The notes below the pieces were generated by a model. That model saw nothing but the letters and a program-made list of their open reading frames with translations. It did not search any database and had not been told where the DNA came from. Below, piece by piece: positions 51,651 to 64,000 of a stretch of 64,000 bases of DNA. The first letter of the stretch is position 1, and each line of letters starts with the position of its first letter. Location of the stretch: NCBI GenBank assembly GCA_031835245.2, contig JAVKOQ020000004.1:372001-436000 (forward strand), written 5' to 3'. The translations under genes were made by a program, and so were the position numbers. This stretch comes from Balamuthia mandrillaris. Taxonomy: Eukaryota.

Positions 51651-52381
51651 ACTAGCCCAAGATGGAAAACAACTGTCTAGACATAGAACAAAGTTTTTTT
51701 TTGAAAAAAAAAAACACATTTAGCATATTATTGACAATTCATTTTTTTTTGAGAGAACCAATATAAGTGCTCAGAGAAAGAAGGAAAGCACGAAAGAAGG
51801 AAATGACAAAGAGGGCAACGACAAGAAAGAAACGACAAGAAAGCGGATGGACAAAACAGACATTTTGGACTCGATGAACAAAGGACAAGCATCACAGCAA
51901 AGTGCTCCTTGTCGGTGCATGGAAGGGGTCCTTGACGGCGGCTTGTCTAAAAGAGCTGCCCGAGAGTTTCCTTTTCTTCAGACCATATCTTTTTTTTGGG
52001 GGTGAGCGGCCGATTGTTTTTGACTTGAAAACAATCGGTGGCAGTTGTATGCCAGCCTAGTTTTTTCTGACATTTTTCTTGCGCTTTTTTCCTATAATAG
52101 ATATTTCAAGTATTTCGCTATTGGTTGCTATGTTCGCAAAAGGAAACACGTTACTACGAGTATATCCATAAAAGTGATTTTAATGATTCCGCACAAGTAA
52201 ATCCTCGCACAAGCGACGTAACCTTTCCGTCAGGGTGATCACATGACTACGCTTTTGAACCAGAAGAACAAAAAAAGGACGGGCAGGGCAATAAAACACA
52301 AAATAGCAAGCAGAAGGTGCACAAACCACGTCCTCTCCCGCTCTCTCCCTCTCTCTCTCTCCTCTCTCCTCTCTCCTTCCT

Positions 52382-52414
<33 letters not shown>

Positions 52415-52582
52415 CTCCTGGCCAAGGGCATCCGCTCTGGCGCGGCTCTTCGCAGCGAAACGGCCAACGACAGAACACGAAAAATTGCCAGCACGACCGC
52501 TGCTAACCTTTGGGCGTGGTGGTGGAGGTGATTGTTCCTCCCCATTCCCCCTCAAACCGACCCTGCGGCACACTGCTACATC

Positions 52583-54149
52583 ATGTCAAAGCGCCCCAGA
52601 CAAGGCGTTACCGCTGCCGTTGCAGCATCGACGCCTCCCTCCATTGACGATGAAGCAAACGTAAGTAAGTTCAACCTTTCGTCAAATCACTTCCATATAT
52701 AAGCCAAAAAAAAAGAGATCTGAGTTGAGAGGTTACATTGTTCTCATCTTCATTGATCTTCTGTCGATTTTTTTTTAAAAAAACAGGAAACAAGAGATGT
52801 GCGTGAACCCAGCGAACCTGACGAGAGGGTTGAAAAGAGGTACGAAACCGTATCTTTTTTTCTTTTCTGATCTCCAGGGACTCTATTTTTTTTTTTTTAA
52901 TGTTTATTGTTGTTATTACCACATGTGGTTGCTGTTGACCGGTTGTTGGGTCGTTGTCGTTGGATTCATTGATTTTGTTCAACCTAGGTTGCAAAGGAAC
53001 AGGAAGGCAGCGCAGCTGTTCCGACGCAGACAGAAGCAGTACATCAAGGACTTGGAAAAGAGGGTGGAGGAACTGAACTGCCACAATGCGCAGTTCCTCT
53101 CGGAGGAGAGACTGCTGCTAATCGAGAACAGACTCATAAAGGAGCAGCTCGCCTATCTCAGAGACTTCGTCAACCAAGTTGTTGCCATCACCAGGAACAG
53201 GAGGAATGCTTCTGGGGCTGGAGGTTCCTCCTTTACTGCTGCGTTGGATAGCAGCCAGTTACAGTCTTTGTTGCAACCGTTTCATGCCTCTATCACTTCT
53301 TCTTCCACATCCCCACCTTCCAACAACAATAACAACAACAAAAACAACGACCACCATCACATTTTAGGAGGGGATGGAAGCATGCCGGAACGGTATGTTA
53401 GCGACAACAAGGCTGACTATTATCGAAGAGCATCATTGGAAGAGGCAGCAGGAGGAGAAGGACAGGCATTAGGGATGGCGAGTGCACGTAATATAGAACT
53501 GCATGAGTACCTACCTTCGTTGTCAGGTTATTCAGGACTACCTCCCTCTTCTTCTTTCTCTGCTGGTGTTGATAGTGGACATCACCACTACTACGGCCAC
53601 CCGCCTGCTCACTCTCATCCTCACTCCCACTCCCACATGTACAATCACAATAGTAGCAACGAAGATTATAGCAGAGGTCACATAATGGAAGAACGGGACC
53701 GAGACAGACCTCATCTCCATCAACAATTCCAACAACATCATCAGCATCAACAATCACAGCACGAGACACATGAGCGGCGGCACGATCACTTGGAAGAGCG
53801 GGACAGACCAAGCTTCAGGGGGAGGAGCATGTACATGACTGATGGAGGCGAGAGCGGGAGATACTCCCCATATCCGCCGTCCTCCTCTTCATTGCCATCT
53901 ACCTCTTCTGCTTCTGTTTCGCCTTGGCCTCCGCATGCACCGAGCGTTCCCTTGCTGCCCCACCCCAACTCTTCATCTCATTTTTCTGGTCTTATCTATC
54001 CTTTGGCACCATCTTCGCCCACTTCACGATCTCAGCAGCAGCAACATCCACAACAAACACAACACAGCACGCAACAACGTTACTTGTCGATGGAACACAG
54101 TACTTCGCCTTCCTCTGATTCATCTCGGGGAGGATGGCAGGTAGACTAA
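52583..54149 (+). CDS. bZIP transcription factor
   Basis: RLQRNRKAAQLFRRRQKQYIKDLEKRVEEL...L...L leucine zipper; low-complexity tail. Confidence 0.9.
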
Positions 54150-54177
54150 TAAAACCAGTACTTTAATTAACGAACGA

Positions 54178-55495
54178 CTAGCGGCTGTGATTGCAACTCG
54201 CGAAGGGGTCTCCTTCAGCGACTAGCTTCTCGACAGCATCAAGAGATGCAACCACAGCCGCTAGATGCATCTGACACAGGGGCTCGTAGTTGCCATGAAT
54301 TGTGGCGGCGGAGACAGCATTCATGTACTCCTGGCGGTGATGCCGTGAGAACATGGGTGGTGGCAAGCCCACTTGCTGCATGACAAGAGCATCCAGCAAG
54401 CGTGCCATACGGCCATTACCATCAGCAAAAGGATGGATGTGAACAAAGCGAGTGTGAGCATCGCAGGCTAGGTCAAGAGCATGTCTGGTGCCGTCGATGT
54501 AGTCGTCGTCGATGTTGCTGGGCGTTGGTGCTCTGTTCTTCTGCTTAAGTTCGGAGATGCTGTGTTGAATCCAGACCACGTACTCGGCAAAGAGGATGGG
54601 CAGTTCATCGGGCATTGGCAGCACCACTTTCTGAGCACCCACTGCGACTGGATGTCGTCGGAGGCTCCTGCTTGGTGTGCCAGCATCTTTGGTTATAGTC
54701 CAAACACTATCGAGCAGCAACTCACGAGTGATGTTTATCCATGGCAGGGAGGAGCCATTGGTCATAAGGATTCGCAGGAGGTCCACAAGTTGAAGGGTCT
54801 CCATCGCTTGATAAAGGTTGCGAACTTCGATGATGTTCTGCTCACCGAGAACGTACGAAAGAAACTCATGACTACCGAATAGCTTCTTCTGTTCCACAAA
54901 GAATGAGGTGTCCTCCAGGCTGAGGCTGTTGCCCTCGATGCCGGCGCTGTGGTAGATGTAGCAAGAGAGGAAAGCGTCTTGCTTCCTCTCCGACCACCCT
55001 TGGTCAGTGCCGAGCTTCTCTGCCAGGCGAGCGGCTCGTGGCTTCAGGGAAGCAATAACCTGCTCCGGCAGAGCTGACACCTGCGAGCAGGAGCACGAAG
55101 GAGAGAAAGGTTGAGCGTAGCGCTTCCAGCACGTGGCCTTGTCCAACTCATCGTCCGTCACGTCTTTGTAGAGCTCGTCCACGAGTTGCTGCCGCCAGGC
55201 TTCCGCCTCTCGAAAGGCCCGCTGCTGTTGGGCCAACTTTTGTTTTTGTTCCTCCAGGCGCCTTTCCTGTTCTTTCTCTACCACGGGCTCGGTTCTCCTC
55301 TCGACCTTTGCTTTATCGCCGTGAGATGCCCTCGTCTGGTGGTGAAGGGCCGCGGCGAAGAGAGCGGCTACCGCGATGACCAACGCAGCTGGCGATGTTG
55401 AAGAACGCTGCGGCAGCGGTTGGCCCTGCCGTGGAAGTTGGCAATGCAGAGGAGCCTGCCTCCCTGACGAAACGCCTGCGCCTTTGCACTGTCAT
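54178..55495 (-). CDS. Fic-domain AMPylase (FICD/HYPE-like), intronless, apparent 1-nt frameshift near 55383
   Basis: HPFADGNGRMAR catalytic motif, SAGIEGN regulatory motif, N-terminal hydrophobic helix; the ATG at 55495 is one base out of frame. Confidence 0.85.
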
Positions 55496-55537
55496 ACCCT
55501 CCAAGCCCACTTACACACCAAGCACTATGTATTGCCT

Positions 55538-55587
<50 letters not shown>

Positions 55588-55689
55588 GAGTGAAAGCGTT
55601 CTCTCTCGTGGTCTGGTGGCCGCTTAGCACTCGTGGATACCTTTGCGGTTCTCTTATCTGTGGACAAGTCCTATAAAATAACTTTCTCT

Positions 55690-55725
<36 letters not shown>

Positions 55726-55938
55726 TTCCAGCCACTATCGCAAAGCATTGCCAAAGCAAGAGGAAGGCCCACCACCACCACCACCACAGACCCGGACAGA
55801 GGAGAGGACTTTTCACACAAACAAGCTTTCGTGGTTGCGGCAGCAGCAACAACAAGAAGAGAGACCGAAGGAAGGGGAAAGGAAAGGAAGGAGGAGAGGA
55901 AGAAAAAGAAAAAAAAAAAAAAGGACAAACATAAAAGC

Positions 55939-56685
55939 ATGTTGGACCAGTACCTTCGGCGGGTGAAGGAGACGGTGTTGATAGGGACAGCCCTCTTCCT
56001 CGGCAAATACCTGAGCCCCAACCAGCTGAGCGGTCTCAGCCTGGCGGCAGGGCTGGCCAGCGCGTGGTGCCTCTGCCAGGGCCTCTACGTACCCGCCCAG
56101 CTGCTCTGGCTGCTGAACAGGGCGTTGGATGGGCTGGACGGGGTGGTGGCTCGGCTCTACAGCAAGCAGTCGGATCTGGGGGGTTACCTGGACATCATCT
56201 TTGACTTTGTGGTCTACGCGTTGATCCCTGTGGCTTTGGTGTGGAGCCATCTGAGGGAGGGTGGGGGGCAGCAGGCGTGCGGTGTTGAGGGATGGAGCGT
56301 GACCACTTGGGAGCTGCTGGCGGTGGCCTTGTTGGAGGGCGTCTATTTCGTCAACGCCGCTTCGCTCTTTCTGTTGGCTTCCATCCTGGAGAAACGTTCT
56401 TTGGGCGCTAAGCATGCTGGTAAAGACTTGATGCTGTTTAATCTTTTCGTGTCCCTCTTTTTTTTTTCACTCTTCCTCAACTTCTCACTCACAAATAACA
56501 AAGGCGAGCTGACCACGGTGACGATGCCAGTGGGTTTGATCGAAGGCACAGAGACGCTCGCCTTCTACACCCTCTTCATCCAGTTCCATCAACACGCGCT
56601 TCCTCTGTTCACGCTCTTTGGGGGGCTTGTCGCTCTCACTGTGCTTCAGCGGCTGCTATGGGCCGCTCGCCACCTCTCCTCCTAA
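55939..56685 (+). CDS. CDP-alcohol phosphatidyltransferase family protein (YnjF-like)
   Basis: SPNQLS, DGLDGVVAR...SDLGGYLDIIFD, GLIEGTET; one intron. Confidence 0.88.
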   Translation: MLDQYLRRVKETVLIGTALFLGKYLSPNQLSGLSLAAGLASAWCLCQGLYVPAQLLWLLNRALDGLDGVVARLYSKQSDLGGYLDIIFDFVVYALIPVALVWSHLREGGGQQACGVEGWSVTTWELLAVALLEGVYFVNAASLFLLASILEKRSLGAKHAGKDLMLFNLFVSLFFFSLFLNFSLTNNKGELTTVTMPVGLIEGTETLAFYTLFIQFHQHALPLFTLFGGLVALTVLQRLLWAARHLSS

Positions 56686-56760
56686 CCTCCCTCTCCTTTC
56701 CCTCTGCCCTCTTCTCTCTTGTCAGCGAAACCGATAACACCTTCAGTAAACATGTTCTCG

Positions 56761-58214
56761 TTATGATGATGACGATGAGAAGGAACAAGAACCAAATGAA
56801 GAAGCAGAGGAAGAGGAAGAGGAAGAGGAAGCGGAAGAGGAGCAGTCCAAGATGCATTGTTGGCAAGTATGCTTTCGGCATTCGGGTTGAGACTCCGTCG
56901 TGCAGCCCTGCTTCTCCATCTTGTGGTTGTTGTTCTTCTGTGCGTTGCTACATGGAATGCAGTAGCACCGCCCGCACCGCCAACATACCTCCGAGCAGCT
57001 AGGACATACCCATCCACATTCCAACTGTATGTAACTCTTATTAGTCATTATTTCTCGCTATCTCTCCCCCCCTCTCTCTCTTTCCTCTGCTCTCTATTTC
57101 TGCTCTCTTCTCTAGCAAAGGAGGAAGGCAATACCGTTCTATCATGGAAGACATCGATCTCATGCCTGCCCTCCTCGGCAACGTAGTTGAAGCATCGACG
57201 CAGACCACGCACGATGGGTCCTTTGCATCGTTGACAACGCCACAGAGAAGGGCTGGTCACGACCATCCGCCATCGCTGGCAGACCTGGTTGACGGCGTTG
57301 AGGTCGCTGCGCCTCGGTAGCTTGCTGAACACGTTCAACAGCAGCGAGTCGTTCAGCTTGTGGATTGGCGAGTCCTCCTCTTTCTTCTTGTCTTGTAATT
57401 TTCTTTTGTTGGCTCTGGGGAGACCCCGCCCGTTTCTACTTACACCGCAACAGCCAGACCAACGAGAAGAAGAGGAAGAAGCAGAACAAAAAGACAAAGA
57501 AGCAGAAGCAGAAGCAGCAGCAGAAGTAGAAGAAGAAGAACAAGAAGAACAAGAAGAAGAAGAAGAAGAACAAGAAGAACAAGAAGAACAAGAACAAGAA
57601 CAAGAAGAAGAAGAAGAAGAAGAAGAAGAATTAGAAGTAGAAGTAGAAGCAGAAGTAGAAGTAGAAGTAGAAGTAGAAGAACAACAAGAAGGTGATGAAG
57701 AAGCAGAACAAGGACAAGAAGAACAAGAAGGTGATGATGCTGAAGTGGATGACGAAGAAAAGGATGAAGAAGCAAGTAGACTAAAAGAGCATGAAGTTAC
57801 AGGGCTGATGTTCAAAGAAACAAGTGAGCAAGAACTTTTCTTTGCATGGAGTAAGACAACCTACCGAGATACTGCCTCTACTCTTTGCTGGGTTTCTTTG
57901 CATAGATCCTCTTGTTTCTCTGCCAGAGTAAGTTTCCTGGCCTTCTTTTTGCTTGGGCCGTTCATCAGCAGGCAGTTTTCCTGAGGGCTCGGTGCGTCTC
58001 CGTATGCCGCCTCATCTTTTCTCCACGAACTCTTTAAATATGCCATAGCAAAGGGAGCATTCTCGTCTTGTGCGTTGACCCCTCCCTCGTTGCTCCGCTG
58101 TTGTTCTTGAAGCTGAAGCCAACATTGGCAGGCCCCCTCCCTCTTTCGTTTGTTGGAAGAGCAGCGAGCGGCCAGGCCGTCCTTCCTCTCCTTCGCCGCA
58201 TGGCCACACTTCAT
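56761..58214 (-). CDS. F-box protein with Cys-rich C-terminus
   Basis: IHKLNDSLLLNVFSKL...VNQVCQRWRMVVTSPSLW followed by several CxxC pairs; 3 exons. Confidence 0.75.
57465..57780. repeat. (GAA/CAA/GTA/GCA)n compound microsatellite in the F-box gene intron
   Basis: Seen directly in the sequence. Confidence 0.85.
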
Positions 58215-59215
58215 TGTCGCTTGGAAAACGCCAAACTTGCTCACTCTGGTTTTATTTTTTTTTTCCTCCACCAGGCCCAATGGTTGCCCAAAAGCAGAGT
58301 ACGTTTGGCTAAAGCGAGAATTCGCGACCTGAAGAGTCGCCTGAATGGCCAATAGAAACCAAAGGAGGGAACAGATCACGACTTGTCCAATGGAAACCAA
58401 GTTTTGATTCTTTGGATTCAGGCGACCACCCCATTGGAAGTTTTTGAAAAAAGCTGCCCAATCAAATCAGCAATAGCAAGAAAGTAACGTGAGCAAAAAA
58501 AAATAAGCGTGGCATTGGGAGGGTATCTCGGACCGAGTTAATCGCCACGGTGACGCTAGATGAACGATACTGGCTTGCGCACCGAAAATTACCGCGGAAC
58601 GCTAGTTTGTCTTGTTTGGAAGAAACAGACCCGTCGCACAATTAATTTAGACACCTCAACGTCGTTCTCGACGGACGAACCGCGAAAACGTTTTGGAACT
58701 TGTTTCGCCGACATGCTGGACAACTTGTCAGAAGAGTTGTACTCCCAAACTTGCTGCGGATTCCGAGATCATGCTCGTTTTTTGAGAAGTTCGCACCCGA
58801 GCCCAACTTGCCAACACTTTGGACCCCCCCCCCCCCCCCCTATCTCCAGCGTCCGTAGGCGGGAGATGCAACCTGAGAGGCAGCCGAGCCGTCAACTCGT
58901 CGAAGTTGCTGCGTGGGTCCATGGGAGGGTCTCCCCTCCTTCCTTCCTTCCCCTTTTCTTCCTCCCCTGCTGCTTGTCCTCCAATGGCAAGCAAGAGCTA
59001 TTGTCATTTTTCCGGTTCAACAGGGGCAGCAAAGGGAAGGGGGAGGGGGACTTTCAAACAAAACGAACTCCAGCAGCTCTTTATCTTTCCTCCAAACCAA
59101 CAACACCACCCATCAAAGTAATTATTCCTCTACCGGTTCCTGCTTCCTTCTGCTTCTTCTTCTTCTTCTTCTTCGGTAGAGCAACCGCCAGCACCGCAAC
59201 AACCCTAAAACGAAA

Positions 59216-62411
<3,196 letters not shown>

Positions 62412-62480
62412 CTTGTAAAATGCCTCTTGAAAAGATAAGAAAAAAATAAGCACAAAAAAACTATAGCTTCATTTTTTGCT

Positions 62481-63841
62481 TCACATGAAAATAGAAGAGA
62501 TTGTTTGAAGAGGAGAAGAGAGAGAAGCAGCAGTGCTGCCATCTCCGTTGTTGAAAGTGCCAGGAGGACACTTGATGCCCTGCCCCGGTTCCGCGATGTC
62601 CTCCACGTTGCATCCACAGAAGCCAGGTGTGGACTTCAGGGGATCCTCTGGGCAGAGATCCACGCAGTCGGGAGTGCCGTCTCCATCGCTGTCGGTTTCG
62701 GGCTCTCCGCATCCACAAAAGCCTGGCTCTGACTTGTTGGGATCTTCGGGGCACAAGTCATCACAATGATAACCATCCTGAGAAGAAGGAGGAAGTAAAT
62801 AATTCTAGTTCTAAAAAGTAAGGCATGAACAAGTATACTTACTTCATCCTCGTCTATACAGGTACATTCCTTGTTGCTCGGAAGTGGGAGAGGACGGTTA
62901 GAAGGGCAAGGGATGTTCTCGCCGTCAGGGATGAAGGCCATGGCGGTACCATCCTCAAAGAAGGGACGACCTCCCTCCTGATAACGAGGCTGAGCGGCAG
63001 GGCAATCCTCAGGGATCAGAGCGAACTCTGTAAATGATGCGCTGGCGTCTTGGATGCCAGCAAAGGCGCCCTTCCACGTGGTCACTTCTCCTTTATCCTT
63101 GTATTGGAAGATGATGACACCGTTGTCCACCAAGATGGTTTGAACGGTAACTGCCTTCGTGTAAACGAAGCCCGCTGTTTTGTTTTATTGGTTTTGTTTT
63201 TGAAAGGTTTTTGTTAGTATTGTTTACGCTGAGCGAACCAGTTTAACGGACGTACCAATAGCCCAAGAGACGTCTCTGAACTCCAAGACGAAGCAAGCGT
63301 GGTCGCTCAGGAGGGAATAACTGCAGTTCTGTTGGCTGGCATAGTGATAGCTGCACTGTCCGGGAAAGTTGTCCGTGCAGGAGGCCAAAGAGCCGTAGAA
63401 CCAAGCGATAGCACGGCTGAAGGCAACTGTTGGCCAACAGCTCAAAGTACTGCCCAAAGAAGGGCATGTAGCGTCAAACGTGAGGACGCCATCATAATGC
63501 GCTTTCATCGAGTTATAACTGGTTTTACACGGGGTATTGTAAGACTTTTTCCCCCCCACAAAAGCAAAAAGGACCAAAACACACAAAAACTAAAATAAAA
63601 AGAGAAGAGGCGAACGTTTGGTTGAAGAACGGAAAGTCAAAGCCCAGAGAAAAGTCTTCGCAACCCGCAGAAAGCTGAAACTCCTGACCGATGTCTGTAA
63701 GGTTTAGCCATTCGAAATGGAGAGTCGGCTCGGTAAGGACATAACTATTGGTAGCTCCTTCAGAAGCTCCTTTTTTTTTTTCGGAATAACAATAAAGTAT
63801 GAGTTCAAACGTTTTTTTTTTTGGCGCTGCTGGAACAACGC

Positions 63842-63873
<32 letters not shown>

Positions 63874-63943
63874 GAAAAAAGAGTGTCCACAAACCGAAGA
63901 ACCCGACAACAACAAGCAGCACCGCCAACGCAACTGTCCTCAT
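62481..63943 (-). CDS. secreted protein related to 24838-26266, with CPxDPxK-PGxCGC Ca-binding-like repeats
   Basis: Signal peptide MRTVALAVLLVVVG; FDFPFFNQTF; CSYSLLSDHACFVLEF; CPEDPNKSEPGFCGCGEPETDSDGDGTPDCVDLCPEDPLKSTPGFCGC. Confidence 0.7.
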
Positions 63944-64000
63944 CTTCCTCTTTCTTTTTTGTCTTCTGGTCCTGGTAGTGTAATGTTTGGCGTTACCTAA

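Noticed and set aside
57289..57984. Glu-rich ORF, and poly-Ser/poly-Leu ORFs on the other strand
   Set aside because: Intronic microsatellite of the F-box gene; the flanking exons splice in frame.

Overview
Intron-rich, gene-dense eukaryotic DNA. Short GT-AG introns, (CT)n microsatellites and the gene content (Frizzled/Smoothened-like GPCR, TKL/TK-like receptor kinases, PAS histidine kinase) point to a free-living amoebozoan; this is inference. About 20 protein genes can be reconstructed by hand: PWWP protein, papain-family protein with catalytic Cys->Ala, purple acid phosphatase, receptor kinase, FHA plus tandem kinase, METTL5, Fz/Smo-like GPCR, MAPK phosphatase, selenoprotein O, GH13 enzyme, GINS Psf3, succinyl-CoA ligase beta, bZIP, Fic protein, CDP-alcohol phosphotransferase, F-box protein, histidine kinase and two related Cys-rich surface proteins. 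An ~13 kb island (about 11.5-24.8 kb) holds nested, decayed non-LTR retrotransposons. Three signals stand out. (1) SelO ends C-V-T-UGA-S-S-stop, and its best candidate SECIS is split in two by a ~70-nt intron-like insert. (2) A (TAC)n-tailed LINE inserted repeatedly into its own copies, always at TACT-initiated target-site duplications, alongside a SINE-like partner. (3) Heavy CpG->TpG/CpA decay is seen in the TE island, suggesting TE-targeted cytosine methylation. Exon boundaries and folds were read by eye, not computed.
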